The notes beneath the pieces were generated by a model. It was given only the letters and a program-made list of their open reading frames with translations. It did not search any database and was not told where the DNA came from. DNA of 63,104 nucleotides, the filler included, from Psammoneis japonica (taxonomy: Eukaryota), in assembly GCA_008632985.1 (NCBI GenBank). It is 4 parts of 4 records of this genome, joined end to end, with 100 filler letters (N's around TTAATTAATTAA, not from the genome) between each part and the next. Parts side by side here need not be neighbours in the genome. Positions count along the whole stretch, not along the records: positions 1 to 15,920 come from QPGO01000488.1; 3 more parts are not named here. The stretch is one strand, 5' to 3'. Each line of letters begins with the position of its first letter. Position 1 is the stretch's first letter. Shown in pieces: positions 1 through 13,721 of the stretch. A program made the translations under genes and the position numbers.

Positions 1-2050
1 GTCAAGCCAGCCAGCATCACAGACAGAGTGGGAACAGCCTTGCACTTGTGATCATCATTGTGAGCATCTGCTCCTTTCCAGGGTCCTGCAACTCCCAACA
101 ATGTGCCCAAGCATCATGCAGCCAGCAGCCATTTCTTTGAATGGTGCAAGAATGGTGACTGATGCTCCACAGGGTCCTGTGGGTGCAAGAGTGTCAAGCA
201 TTTCTACTCTGTTGGCTCAGTGGTTGCAGCCAACAAGGGTTCTCAAGCCACCCCACCCCCCATTGGATGTGGCTTGAGCAGACTGGACTCAATGGCATGA
301 CAGTGCAGAGTGAACTGATGGCATGCATCAGAACACCAGAAATGGAAGCTGCCACGCCCAAGAATCCTTCATTCCTGGAGCATGGAGCATTGACAAGAAA
401 GGTGCAGCAGCATTGTCTGGCAGTCATTGAGCAGCAATGGATGGCGCGCCAAAACACAGCACAGATGTAAGCCAGTGATGTGATCCTTCATTGCCATTTT
501 GTCTTTGGGCTGACAGGGGTCTCATCCTGCCTTCTCCTCAATGACAGGAGTGCAGCTTAAATGGAAGAACCTTCATTGCCAACAATGGCATCAGAATCAT
601 GCTGATGCATGGATTTCTTCACCTCTGGATTGTGACAAACCAATCCCAACACATCCAACTCACTTCGCCACTTGACTCAAACACACTTGTGAGCACTTCT
701 GTCATCACATGTGGCACGTCTTCTAAAAGTCATGCTTCAGAGAAGTCTCCCAAAGAATGGCAGTTTTCTGAGCATTGCAGGGTCCCACTGCAGTCATCAC
801 AGGGATCCAAGCATGCTCATGAACAAAGATGCCTCTGGCTTCTGAAAAGAAACCCATTTTGGCCCTGCCTTTCCAACACAGAGATCTTCTCAAACCAAGC
901 AGACAACATGCACCACACCATCACTTGATGCTGCACCTTGTGCTGCAGTCAGTTTCAGACCGCCACAGATGGCATTTTCCCCACTTTTGATGCTCATTGC
1001 AAAAGTTGACACATGTGTGGAAATGGGTGCTGCTTTTGGTGCCCACAGAGACAGGTGCCCAACAGTTTGCTGCAGCAGCAAAATCTCCCCTCCATCAACT
1101 GTGTGGGCACAAAGAAGCTTGTTTGGCCTGGGCAACACTGAACCAAACGGCCTCCATCCATGATGCATGTTCAACAGAAGCTTGCATCTTTTGCAGCATG
1201 CATGCAGACAAAAGGTTGTTTTTGTCACGCCCTTTGTGACACTCAAAGGGCTGCAACACGTCGCGTGATGCACCAACGGGCAGATGGCAGATGGAAGCAG
1301 CTCAATTGAGATGAATGAATTCTTCCCTTTTTCGTGCTTGTGACTGATGCCTGTCTTCCTTCCACCATGACCCACGTCCAACAAAAGAGTTGCTTGGCAT
1401 CATTTTGCCACGACGCACTTGGCATCTCCGAAATTGACAAGACCACTCAAGGTGGGGTTGTCGCCAATGCCAGGATGGCATTTTCTGCTGCAAGCAAGTT
1501 TGGTTTCCATGACAAGTGCTGTTTCATTTTTTCCAAGTTTTTCCACATGGATCAGTTCTTCCTCTCCTGGTGGTTTGGCACGACCAAGAGATTCTTCCGA
1601 GCTGATGATGATGAGCGCCTTGTTCATTGCCTTGCTCCGTTGTCTCCTGCCATGCTGTCTCACAGTTCCATCCTGCTGAGAGGAGAAGCATTGATGACCT
1701 GCACCATGTGTTTGGAAGAAGAGCATCCCATTGCAGTCAATTGCTGCTTTTGGAACAAGGTGCCTCCCACCTGGCTTCAAAGGACACATGAAACATGTGC
1801 AGCCAAGAGCGCGAGCCAAGCATCAGTGTTGTCATCATCATTTGTTTCTGTCTGTCAGTGCTGCTCAATGAGAGGCTCCAGTTGTTGCTTTGTTGTTCAC
1901 TGCTCACCCACCATCATTGCAACTCTGGCTGCTTTTTTCAGCGGGAGGTGTTGGCGCGTTTGCGCAACTCTGTGCCCGATCCATGAGAAACAGAGTGGTC
2001 AAAGTCGGCATTGAAGGGCATCTCATTCATGTCCAACCTCGAGAAATGGC
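1..2050. repeat. Degenerate repeat/TE block, TpA-depleted (also CpG-poor in the first ~1.2 kb); family not identified
   Basis: Almost no TA dinucleotides until ~2080; short Cys/His-rich, Tyr-free ORFs in all frames; contains a TRIM LTR fragment. Confidence 0.7.
1192..1271 (-). mobile_element. Partial solo LTR of the TRIM family seen at 35009-35456
   Basis: Reverse complement matches gcatcac..cgacgtgttgcagcc.tttga.tgtcacaaagggcgtgacaaaa.caaccttttgtctgcatgcatgctgca in the TRIM LTR. Confidence 0.75.
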
Positions 2051-2411
2051 GGTCATCCCCGGGAATTGGAAAGGGTTTCTTACGGCAGTCTGAATAAGAC
2101 AGTCTCAAATCAGGTGTTGTGTTTCTAACTGCTGTGTGTGTGAGATCGATTTTTGAAATTTTGATTTTTACGCCGATCGCGTAGCGCTTCGTCCTGTCTG
2201 GCCGTCGCAAATCTCCCTCCAAGACGCGTTCTGCATGATCGCGCTGGCGCGACACGACCACTTCCAACTTGCATGCGGGAAGAAGACTCATCGTTGTTCG
2301 CGTTTTTTGTTGTTGAACTTGCAGGGAAACAAACGCAAAAACAATATATACCCCTCAAACCTTTGTATTGCGTTTATAATAGTCGTTAAGGTGTTTCAAA
2401 GTAAAAGGGAG

Positions 2412-2483
2412 TGAGAGAGATTTTCAGAGAAGGAGACGAACGAGAGAGAGAGAGAGAGGAGGAGGAGAAGAAGAAGAAGAAGA
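2412..2483 (+). repeat. Compound (GA)n/(GAG)n/(GAA)n microsatellite in the presumed 5' UTR of the LRR gene
   Basis: Visible directly in the sequence. Confidence 0.85.
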
Positions 2484-2543
2484 ACTTCTGTAATTGAAAT
2501 TGCTTGAAGAGTAAGAACAACAAAGAAAAAGAGGCGAAACATC

Positions 2544-5170
2544 ATGGCGGAAGAAAACGGCGATACCAGTGGCCGAAACAATTCAAGTAAGTCTTTGTAA
2601 ACTCTTGACAATTGAATCGCAAGTGTAGTCGCCTAACGCCTCTCCCGCATAACTGCCACCTTCTCTTCATAGCATCTCGCCGTACCAAAAACAAGAAGCA
2701 TCATTCCTCACGTCAAGCAGACAATGGCGTAGGAGAGCAATCAGAGCCTTCCAAAAAAAGAACTACTCCTTCTAGTCGCCGCCACACAAATGGCAACAGC
2801 AGCCACCGCCGCCGGAGCTCTTCCCCCGGTATTTTGCCAGTCAGTTCGTCTCGCAAGGTAATTGCGGTGGAAGATAAGCAGTCCAGCACATCACTGGATC
2901 AAGAGTTTTTGGCACAAGAATCCTTTACAGCAACGAGACAACGACAAGCACGTACCAACGAGGACGCCAAGCTTCAATCCGTAATGGAGGACGATGTGGC
3001 GGCGAAAAAACGAGTCTCCAAAAGGAAAGCTCCGGCTGCAACAACACCGGGTGCAGTGGCTATGCACGCCGACTCATCGGACAATGCCGTGTTGCTTCAA
3101 AACATAATGGACGATGATGCCAAGAAACGAGCTGCAGGATCGCTTGGTCCGGCAACGACTGTCGTTTCTGAAAAGCAACGACGCAGTACTGGACCGGCGC
3201 TTGCTCCCGCAGTTGATTATGAAGAAGAACCTCAAGACGATGGTATGGAGGACGAATATTACAGCAAGACCTTTGATTCGGATGATGACGATAAGATTGA
3301 CCAAGACAAGGCTCCTGAAGAAGAACAATTGCAGCCCGAGCAACAGGTGGCACACGGACGCGGGGTGGCGCCCGACTATCGGCACGTGGCGGAGGATGAT
3401 GGACGCTTGGCGGTAGCCGTTGCCGTGGAAGACGACGAGGACAATGTTGATTATATTCCTTCCGCTATTGAATACGACCCAGACGCCAAACCACCCCTCT
3501 ACAAGAATCGACGATTCCAATTGTACGGAGCACTGGCTGCTTTGCTTCTCTTGGGCATTGTCGTGGGAGTCGTTGTAGGCGTACTGGTCGGCAGCGACAC
3601 GTCACCCCGAACCCTGGCGCCCACGGCGACTCCCACCCTGATGCCAACGTCACAAGAACGCGGTGAAATTGTGGAACGATTCGTGGCACTCGTGGGCAAT
3701 GCTGTCCAACAGCCCGGCACACCGGAATTCATGGCGACGGATTGGATTTTAAATCAAGATCCCATGGGACTCAATGAAGACTCGGAGAATTTGACACAAC
3801 GATTCTTGTTGGCACTCTTTTATTTCTTCACTACACAAACTTCTGATTGGCGTACCTGTGGGGCTCCTTCTTTAGATGAAGATGAGAATTGTATCTTTGA
3901 TGTCTTGGGATTTGGCTTTGATTCAGACAGTCAATTCTATACCGGGATTCCCGCGATTCGATGGCTATCTGGCAAATCCGAATGTGAATGGATTGGAAGC
4001 ATTTGTGACGATGTGGGCACAATTCGAGCCATTGACATGTGTGAGTCAATAATCAAGAGTGCGAATGAATTGTGTTTTGTCCGTCTACTCATTCGCTCAC
4101 TGAATTCTGTCATTCAACTACACTTTGCACAGGGGGCAATAACATTACCGGACCACTCCCGCCGACGCTAGCCAAATTTCCATTCTTGCAAAGCATCTCC
4201 ATGGCACATAATCAATTCACGGGAAGCATTCCAGAAGAGTACGCCAGTATGCGCCACCTTGCAAACTTTGAATTGCATTATAATGCCTTGACGGGAACGA
4301 TATCTCCTTCCTTTTACGACGCCAATGCGCTGCAGAATTTCAATGTCGCTAGCAATGATTTGGACGGACCGATTGAGGGTGCGCCAGGATTGACTATTGA
4401 TATGTTGGAAGAGCTAAAAGGATTACATCTCTTTGACAATGACATTACGGGGAGCTTTCCAACCGGTATCGGCAATTTGAAGTTCCTATCATTTATGCGC
4501 ATTTCGGATAATCAGTTTGACGAGCAGCCCATTCCAACGGAAATGGGACTGCTCACGTCTCTCCAGGAAATGTGGCTTGATGGCAACAAATTCAACAGCA
4601 CAATTCCAATTGAATTGAGTACCATGGAGAAATTGAGTGAGTAACATAGTGCTGCGTGGTGTGTATTGGAGTGATTATGGTTGTAGTCGGAGGATACGCA
4701 TCAAACTCAAAATCGGTTCACTCTATTTCATGTTTACAGCCGATTTGCGTGTCAACAACAATCGCCTCACGGGTCAAATTCCAGAGTCGCTCTATGAATT
4801 GACGGATTTGGTCTTGTTGTTTTTGGAAAAGAACCAACTCACGGGACCTCTCAGTCCTTCTGTAGGACGCTTGATTGACTTGGAACAACTCCGTTTACGA
4901 GAAAACTTGTTGTCAGGCGCCATACCGTCCGAGCTTGCACTTCTGTCCAAAATGCTGCTAGTCTTTTTGCACCGCAACAAATTTGAGGGTGCCGTCCCGC
5001 AAGAGGTGTGTGCTAACGTTGGGTGTGGAAGGCTTCAGTTTGTAAATGCCGATTGTGGAGGACCGACACCGCCCAATCCATGCGAGTGTTGCACCTCGTG
5101 CTGTGATCCCTTTGGAATCCCACCAGGGGTTTGTCTTTCGACCAACTTTTTGGATTGTCGGCGTGGCTAA
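2544..5170 (+). CDS. Single-pass membrane leucine-rich-repeat protein (diatom RLP-like family), 4 exons: 2544-2586, 2673-4040, 4133-4636, 4740-5170
   Basis: Low-complexity N-terminus, TM helix LYGALAALLLLGIVVGVVVGVLVG, QRFLLALFYF and W..SECEWIG cap, plant-type LRRs (LxxNxLTGxIP), C-terminal ADC..C.CCTSCC; GT-AG introns join ORFs 2612, 4072 and 4637. Confidence 0.88.
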
Positions 5171-5605
5171 GATTGACAACGTCAAGATTGTCGTGTGGCG
5201 GTTTTCATGTCGCAGCCGAGGCAAAGGCTGCTGCACTTGTGATTTATCGAAAATTAGCTGTTTTTTTTTCCCAGGATATCATTGTTGTGAAGAGTGGCCA
5301 TGTTCCACCTGCTTTTCTCTTGGTCGTTGATTTCGTGGGTATGGTACTGGAGATGGTGGTGGCATACTCAGGAGGAAACAACGCTGCAACGCTTTACAAG
5401 CGACAAGCTCCTCCCCAACACGAATCCTCATAAATGCATGGGCGTTGCTCTTTTGCAAATGTTAATAGGTACACATAGTGTTAATGAGACCGTGTGTTCA
5501 TTCGAGACAGTAGTTAGCAACACTATTGCATAGATAGTTTTTGCATTCCGTTGGCGCATCTCCAGCGAGTTCAAAACAATCCGGAGTTACCGTCACAACA
5601 TAAAA

Positions 5606-6827
5606 CTATATTGAATCTTGTACAATCACAAATTCTTCTTCTGAATCACTGCAGCTACAAGAATACACGGCGATGGTACCCCAATCCATTCCGCCACCCG
5701 AATCGTGCAATTGTTTCACATCATCATTCAAAGTAGCAGTATCGGTTGGTGCATGCTTGTCGACGTGTAGCAAATGCAAGAGGGACGGCATGATTTGAAA
5801 ATTAAAGTTGCGCTTCTTGTGACATTTGGGACACGATGGAATGGCAAGGTTCTTGCTCTTTGGGACAGAACTAACATGCCATAGTACAACAAATAATGGT
5901 GAGAGTGTGATTAAATTAGTCCACACCAACGACAACAAATAACACAATAACGTACATGGACCAAATGGGATTGCCCGAGCCCTGTCGAATCACATGATTG
6001 GGATAGAGCTTGACGTTTTTCATAAATCGATTCAAGGCTTGTTCATCACGACCCACGGATTCATCCTTTTCTCGACAAGTAGTGGTCGCTCGTTGCTGTT
6101 GTTGCTTTCCATGCCCCAGTGCCGTCAATATTTCTTCTTCGTCCTCTTGCTCCATGTACCGTGCCAGCATTTGTTGAATCTTGTCGTCATTTGTATTGGT
6201 AGTACTGTTATAGTCTTCGTCAAAGTCATAGGCTTGAATCGTCCAACAATCAAAGGAGTTTTTCGTGTCGGTTTTGTTGGCATTGTTTCTGTTTGACTCT
6301 GTCTGACTCTCGATGGGAACTTGCTTGTTGTTGTTATCCATTATTTGCTCCATGGCCTTGACCATGGCTTCTAAATCCTTCTCCGTAGTATCATCGTTTT
6401 CATCATCACTCATGTCCCAATCATTATCATCCAATAAATCGTGTTGTTCTTGTCGTGGCGCAGTAGCTGGTTCCGCGTCATCGTTTGTTTCGTTCTTCTT
6501 TTTGTAGCCTTGTTTACAACGCAACGCACAATACACTCCACCACCACCCAAACTAAACTTTGACTTGTCAAACAACGTCCGTGTACAAGAGGCCCGGTTG
6601 CATCCATAAACACTTGTTGTTGTTGTTGTAACGTCGTCATCATTTACCAAAATGGAAACCATGTGGTGCATGCGTGCTTGACACACGGCGCAACTCGGTT
6701 GTCGTTGCAACGAAATACCACCAATAAAGGACCATGAACCTTCGACGATCTCATCCATGTCACGGCATTTTGATAATGGTTCATAAAGGTAGACTTGTTG
6801 CTGTGGGTGATTGGTCGACGACGCCAT
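5606..6827 (-). CDS. PDCD2/PDCD2L (Tsr4-like) protein, one intron near 5880-5955
   Basis: N-terminal CxxC; C-terminal PDCD2_C motifs CPKC..R.F.FQIMPSLL and GMDWGTIAVYSC...EEFVIVQ. Confidence 0.8.
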
Positions 6828-7289
6828 GGCCACTCGTTTTTGTTCTTCTAGCTATGGCGATATTTTTGGAAATTCAATGATATCATCGTTCTTGAAAGTA
6901 CTATAATATCAAATTGAAGCACAACGGAAAAGAGGCCACAGTATTATTGAGATCAAGATAAATTTCGGAAACGTTCACATCACCGCGAGCGCTTTAGAAG
7001 TACTTTCGACTTTCATTATGCCGCCTACTAAACACCAAAGCGCCGTACTTCTCCCGATCTACCCTGCTGCTATGAGGCAAATCCTTTAGCATGTCATCTG
7101 TCAATGGGAAGATCAATCGCATCCTTGTATCCTTGTACATGTCGTATACTTTGTCTCAGTTACAAATGGAAAGTGTGGTGCATAATGCATAAAGTGACAA
7201 TCCCAGAAACGGTTTCCTTCCCTTTCTATACTCATCAAGCAGGCTAATGGCGTGATCCATCATGATGTCATATTATTTATGCTTTTGGG

Positions 7290-7990
7290 GATTTCTCTAG
7301 AGTAATCTTGCGGTTTCGGGCAGTCTTCCAACCTATCGTCTTTGAAAGATTCAAGGTCACTCGCATTTTCGTCCATCAAATCATAGAGGCATCATTGCCT
7401 TCCTTCCCACATCCAAGTCCCATGTTGAACGTTCCCAATTTCGGTTTTGCCAATCCACTCGGCAGCATAATCCGTGCAATCGAGTTTCGCAACACGACAT
7501 GCCCCTTGTTTGCCGCATTGTCAAAGACACCAAGGGTCATTTTGAGCACTTTGTGAAGTAACGGTTCTGTTCCCTTTCTCTAGTAGATATCAGTATGTCG
7601 CATGCTTTCTACACTTTCAAAGGCTTTTGCTTCATCTACTAAAATGCATGCCCGGCATGTTTGTAATTGGCACATTTTCAAGATGCACAAAAAACAGTCG
7701 TGTTTAGAACAAGTCGACTGCCATGTGTGCCGAATGACGCTTTTCCATTTTGCAAGACCTGTGTTGTTTCTTTGAGTGCGTTCTGTAAGTGTAATAATAT
7801 TTGCCCATGATTCGTCGTAGATCGCAATCAGCCGTTTGAGAGATTTTGTTTCGAATGAGGAACAATAATGACTCTCGGCGGTCATCGATTCTTGTTTTTT
7901 TTGTGTTATTAATTCTGGGTTGTTTCAAACAGTTTAACGATGCTTGAAGTACTGTACTGATACTTGCGCTGAGGAATAACAATTTCACAA
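7290..7990 (-). pseudogene. Possible decayed or misassembled coding remnant of unknown function
   Basis: Broken reading frames with protein-like stretches (SLLFLIRN / RLIAIYDE); no intact ORF. Confidence 0.2.
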
Positions 7991-8257
7991 GGAAGTCTTC
8001 TAGAACAAAGTTCCTGGCATTGGGCTAGTTGTACGACTAGTCTACTACTGGCACCAAAGTGTTGGCGAAATAGTTCGTTTCTCCCCAAGACACTAGTGAC
8101 TCATTTATTACGTGGGATTCCACAGAATACCATAGTTACAGTACCGGCAATGCCGGGAACTGCAGGGGATCGGAAATATCCGAAATCTTCCATGCTGGTC
8201 CCGCCTTTAGACAATTTTCACATTTTTGCTTCTCACAAATTCACATTCTTTGCAATC

Positions 8258-8890
8258 ATGAAGCTCTCCGTCGTTGCTCTCTTTGCGCTTTCTCTTGCTT
8301 TCTACTCTGCTTCTGCAGAGGCTCTCAAGAGTGAAAGCCCTGGTGCTGTCACCAAAACGGGCGGGCTTCGAGGCTTATCCGAGCCAGCTGCAGAACCCGC
8401 GGAAGTGGTGGTCTACGAAGAAGAAAGCGAGGAAGAAAAGAAGCCCGCCAAGAAGGCTCATAAGAAGGGCAAGGGCAAGAAGAAAAAGAAGAAGCCCGCC
8501 AAGAAGGCCAAGAAGCCCGCCAAGAAGAAGCCTGCCAAGAAGAAGAAGAAGCCCGCCAAGAAGCCTCTCAAGCCGGCTCTTGCAGACAAGGTTGGCAGCT
8601 CCTCTAGCTCTTCCACAGGTACTCCTGGTGACTCTTCATCAGGTAGTACAGGCAAGCATCGTGTCAAGAAGGCTCACAAGCCGGCCCGATATGCAGGCGG
8701 TGACAGTGGCTCGTCTGGAAGCGCATCTAGTTCGTCTTCAGCAAGTGAAGGTGGTGATCCTGCCAAGCATCCTTACAAACCGGCACATGCAGGTGACGAC
8801 AGTAGCTCCTCCTCTGGAAGTACCACGTACGGTGTCTCTTCTTCATCCGGTACTGTCTCGAAAACCCCTGGCGACTCTCACCCCTACTAG
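8258..8890 (+). CDS. Secreted Lys/Ser-rich low-complexity protein, silaffin/cell-wall-protein-like
   Basis: Signal peptide MKLSVVALFALSLAFYSASAEA, LRGL (RXL) motif, acidic stretch, KKPAKK repeats, GDSSS poly-Ser repeats, HPY motifs. Confidence 0.8.
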   Translation: MKLSVVALFALSLAFYSASAEALKSESPGAVTKTGGLRGLSEPAAEPAEVVVYEEESEEEKKPAKKAHKKGKGKKKKKKPAKKAKKPAKKKPAKKKKKPAKKPLKPALADKVGSSSSSSTGTPGDSSSGSTGKHRVKKAHKPARYAGGDSGSSGSASSSSSASEGGDPAKHPYKPAHAGDDSSSSSGSTTYGVSSSSGTVSKTPGDSHPY

Positions 8891-9901
8891 GCACGTGCTA
8901 CCGTCGTGAAAATTAGAAAATGCCATGTCGCTCGATTGGGTGTCTAGAAAATGATGCAACGCGACGTTGTTGGCAACATTGCAGAGGATGCGTCCTTATT
9001 TGCTTCAGTATGATACTACTAAAGGACGGTATATTATCAATATCATGACAAGGTGTAGCTTTTACTTTAGCTTAGTTCTGATTGTTTTGTGTTGCTTTTG
9101 TTTGAGGACGGTGGAGGGTGGAGGACTTGAAGGAATGCTCCTCTGGTGGCAACAACTAGGATTGGTTGTGTAACTGGCGATCGGAATTCCGTAATTCGGC
9201 TCCAAAAGAATGCCCGTAACGTTGCGATTCAATATAGAGTTGACTCTAAAGGAGTGGAAATTGTGCAATCATGGCCACATCATTTGTGACAGGAAGTGTG
9301 TTGCAAATTTTTCGACGACTCACGATGACCAGAAAGGTGCAGATTAAATCATAATTTCTTTTGATATCTCATCGGTACATTTTTGTTGTAAATTTGTTTT
9401 TGCTGAGGCAAGAATCTTTGTTTGTAGTGGCGGCGCCATTGTCGATCGTAGGCCGTACATTAGAATGAATGGAAAGCGTCCTCTCGCCAACTGAATTTGT
9501 GACCAACATTTTTCAATACATAAATGCCTGTATATATCTATTATTCATCCTTTTGCTGCAGAAAGACATATTAGAGTAGTATGACATTTTAGTACCTTCT
9601 ACTCGTGCGAAAGATCGATTTCGCGCGATTGTCGTGCTGCCGCGGCTACTGTATGTCACGCCTATTCACCACTCACCATCCACCATCCCCACACCATCTC
9701 GAACTTCGATCATTCTGTAACTCTCTGCTAAGGTTACTCTAGAGCTAGAGTAGAGACTAGTCCTACCGGTGCTTGTATTGCATTCGAAAGGGCATTCTTT
9801 GCCCTACAACCACTCTCTAGAGACCATCAATAGTATTCGTACAAAATATATCTTCATCAAATCATAACTGTATTGGAGAAATCATAAAGAGAATATATAT
9901 A

Positions 9902-11559
9902 ATGACGAAATCCGGAAAGAATAACAAATCCGCAGCTCAGAGTGCAAGCACCATGAATCAAGAGCGTGCGTTTCTGACAAAATTGTTTCAAGCTGCTCTG
10001 GAAGGACATGGCGACAAGGTCAAGAAATATGTACTGGATTATTCTCGTCAGCACACCGATGTATCGAATTTTGATGTATTGTCGCAATTCAAAGACGGCG
10101 AAGGACGCAGTGCCATTCACTTTTCCTGCATGAGCGATCCAAAAGAAAAAGCAGATGAAGATATTGTCGTTTCACTCTTGACGAGTTCCGACGATTGGCA
10201 ATTCAGCCAAGACGAGTTGACAAGTATCGTTCGTCTCAAGAACAACGACGGTTTGACGCCGTTAATGTTGGCATCTCGTCATTCCAATCAAGACGTGGCA
10301 CTGAAACGAGTCGATTTTTTGCTCGACACGGGCGGCAACAAATTGGCCTTGGCACGATCCCATGCCGGAGCCACGGCCCTGCATTATGCAGCGGGCGTCC
10401 ATGCGTCACGGGCCATGATTGAACGGCTCGTTCAAGCGGGCAGGGTTGCACTTGAAACCAATTCCAAACGGGGAGGGACACCACTTCATTGGACGGCGGC
10501 CGCTGGCTCGTCGAGCTCAACCGAAACACTCCAAGCTCTGCTAGACTGCAACGCTGACGTGAATGCTACCAATGAGCAGGGATTGACGCCAGTTGTGTTG
10601 TCTCTAGCTGCCGGAGATGATGTGAGTTCGAAACGATTGATACAAGCGGGAGCCAAGTTTGACATGGAGTTGTCCGGGGGGGTGACTTTGTTTCACATGG
10701 CAGGTACGTGTATATGCTGCCTTTCGTCGCAACTATTGCATTGACTCTTGCACTCACCGACTCGTATTGTACAGCGGACCTCAACATGGTTGGGACTCTA
10801 ACAGAAATGCTAGAAAAGTTGGATTCACAAGAACGTGACTCCCTGTTGAACAAGAAAAACGCGCAAGGCGAAACACCGCTCGACGTGTGTGCGCAACAAG
10901 GACATGTCGGTTGTGTAATGCTGTTGCTAGGTGGAGAGAATACTACCAAGGAGGAAGCAGAGGCGTACATTGAGAAATACAAGGCAACGCACAAGCCAAA
11001 AGAAAAGACGGCAGCCCCAGAAAAGCAAAAAGAAGAAAATACGGTCTCCTCGTCCGAGGACGAAACAGAAGCGCGTGGAAGACAACTGGCGGAACGAATT
11101 CAAAAGGAATCAGCGACAATATCAGATGGTGATCGCGAACGTGCTTTGGAAGTAAAAAAGAAAGGCAACGCGTTATTTGCTCAAAAGGAATACGAAAAGG
11201 CTATTGAACAATACTCGCTTGCTATGGATGTTGATCCTTCAAATGCAACCTTGTACTCGAATCGATCCGCTTGCTACATGGAGTTGGGTCGCCACAGCGA
11301 GGCACTTGAAGACGCCTTTACTTGTCTGTATTTGAATCCGACATGGCCCAAGGCGTTTTACCGAATAGCAATCGCAAGGTACGCATTAGGTCGGTACGAG
11401 GATGCTGCCGTAGCAGCATGGGAAGGATTAGAAAAGGATAACAGCAATGAAGAGTTGAAACGATTGTTGCAGAAAAGTGTCAAGCAGGGCAAGAAGGAAC
11501 ACCAGGCACTGAGCGAGAGCAAAAAGGGTAATGCAACGAAGGAAGAAGGCAACTCATGA
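9902..11559 (+). CDS. Ankyrin-repeat plus TPR (STI1/SGT-like) protein; intron 10704-10774
   Basis: Ankyrin motifs GLTPLMLA, GATALHYAA, GGTPLHW, GETPLD; TPR motifs KKKGNALF..KEYEKAIEQYS, LYSNRSACY, WPKAFYR. Confidence 0.9.
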
Positions 11560-11722
11560 CGTTGTTATACATAGTTTTGATTACACGTGTAGTGTGCTTT
11601 GATTTCCGTCTCATTTTATGCTTGGTCAGAGAGCATGGTAGCATTTTGTGAGAACGATCGAATATGCGCCCGTGTTGTGGCAAAATTATAGGTGCCGGAT
11701 AGCGTCGCTTCGCCTTTTTTCT

Positions 11723-13402
11723 TTATTCTGAATTCATGTCTTCGAACGGCTTACGTCCATACAGTAGAAAACAGCTCCAAACTGCTTTGCACCAACAAAA
11801 GGTGCTGTGGACAAGTGGTGTAAGTAGGTGGAGAAGTGAGAGCTGATGATTTTGCATGACGCCCACACTCAAGCACGCGTTGGCCGTCTTCCTCTGTGGT
11901 AAGTTGCGCTTAGCCAACAGACTGGAATCTTCATTCTTGCACTCTTCGTTAGTGCCATCACAGCACTCCCTAATACGTTCAATGCACTATAAAGACCACG
12001 TCACCAAGGCTGCCAATTCTGTGTTGGGGTGCAGGCGAACCTGCGGTACACATCTGCGACAGCCACGAGCTTCCCGTTTCCCGGATGAGGTGACTCTAGG
12101 TTCTTGACAAAGTTCCAGAAAGCCACAGTATCATCCGGTTGATCCCACTCGGGAAAGACATCATCTCTCATGGTTTGGCGAATAGCATACCACAGTGCAT
12201 TATCACCGCAATAACGAACATTTTCGCTAGCAGGTTTTTCTGTTGGAGCCCAATGCCACACGAGATCGCCCTTTTCAGTCGTACCATATCGAGATTGCAA
12301 TTGACATGTTACCATTGCACTAATAGTGCTTTTATTTCTTTTCGTCCAGCCGCCCAAATCCTTTTTGGCTGCTACAAGAAGCGCAAACACCGCCCAACCA
12401 TCGTGCCAGAAATTACGATTTCGTTGCAATCCATATATGATTTAGTGGCCTTCTCGTTGTCAGACGCAACACCGTATCCAAATCCGTTACTTGAAAGAAG
12501 GGTGTCGCATATCTTGTCGATAACGCTAGAAAGATTTTCTTGTTGCTCATGAAACAATGATTTGTTTGATTGCAGCTCAACGCATGCCAACAATGCCACA
12601 GCCTGATCAACCGCTCGAAAATACTTTTGATTTGTTTCTTCCGAGACACCCTCTGTGGCTTTCCCCAACTAGCCGACAGTCGCAGCAGGTCTCCCCCGCC
12701 TTGGGTTTTGCTGGTCGTAAACCATTTCTCGTCGGATTCACTCCAAAACTCTTCCACAAGGTTGAGTGCGACATGTTGGAGCTGCGACTGATAGGTTTGA
12801 AAATAGACCTCTTGATTTGTCTGTTGAAAGAATTCTACTAATCGAGACCAGAATATGACTGCAATCGCATGCTGGATACAACGGTGTTCTGCGCTTTCAC
12901 GATAATAATTGACTTGATGAGGAATCAAGGATTCATCATGCTTTGTCGCGTCCAAGAAGGAATGATCCCATTGTCCGCTGTACGATCGACGTCGAAAAGA
13001 GGTCCCATCCCAAGAGTATTTCCAAAGTGAATCGGCAATGTGAATTGCATCCAGAATCAGTTCTTCCTCGTCGTCCGTCTGTGAAAGCGCAGCCAATTTC
13101 AGAGAAGCAAAGCCGGTGGTAGGATCGTAAAGGTCCGTTTCGACATTCAATGAAACAGGAGCCTTTTGCATCGAATCGTGCTGGTGTAAACCCTTCAACA
13201 AATCTCTGGAGAGGGACAAGGCCCTTGCCGATTCTTGATGGATCACATCTTTCTGAAGAGACAATGAAGAAGGCGGTACTTTCTTGTTTCGCGCTTCACA
13301 TCCGATTCTTCCAGCATGGAAGCCATACACTGCTAGCACTCTCAAAAGCAAGCAACAGCGTATGAATAAGAGCAATGTATTGATTGGATTACGGCAACGC
13401 AT
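11723..13402 (-). CDS. Uncharacterised protein with N-terminal signal/transit peptide, split by about 3 apparent frameshifts
   Basis: Consecutive overlapping minus-strand ORFs 12413-13402, 12372-12668, 12001-12429 and 11723-11917 with normal coding composition. Confidence 0.55.
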
Positions 13403-13721
13403 CCTACCCTACCATCATCGTTTGCGTTTTGCGTTCCTTGAAGACCAAGAAGTGCGCGAAAAGATACGCGTGACACAGGTCGGTGTCAAATTTCAATAAA
13501 AAAAACAAGATTCCCTTTTCTTCGTGGGATTCACATGAAGATCCTACAGAGTTGCTGACGTTGAGGAATTTCAAAACGAAGCATGCGCTGACTCAGTGAA
13601 TGATGCGAGACATCAGACATCACACCGCTACTGTATCAAAACAAGAGAGTTCGTTGTTGATGCTGCAGTATCATCACTGAGAGACGCGTGTCAAATCGTG
13701 ATACATCAGTGATAGAACATC

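Noticed and set aside
1938..2291. Minus-strand ORF with MNEMPF as a pogo-like DDE transposase
   Set aside because: Only a vague resemblance to MDETP; no further motifs or TIR pair found
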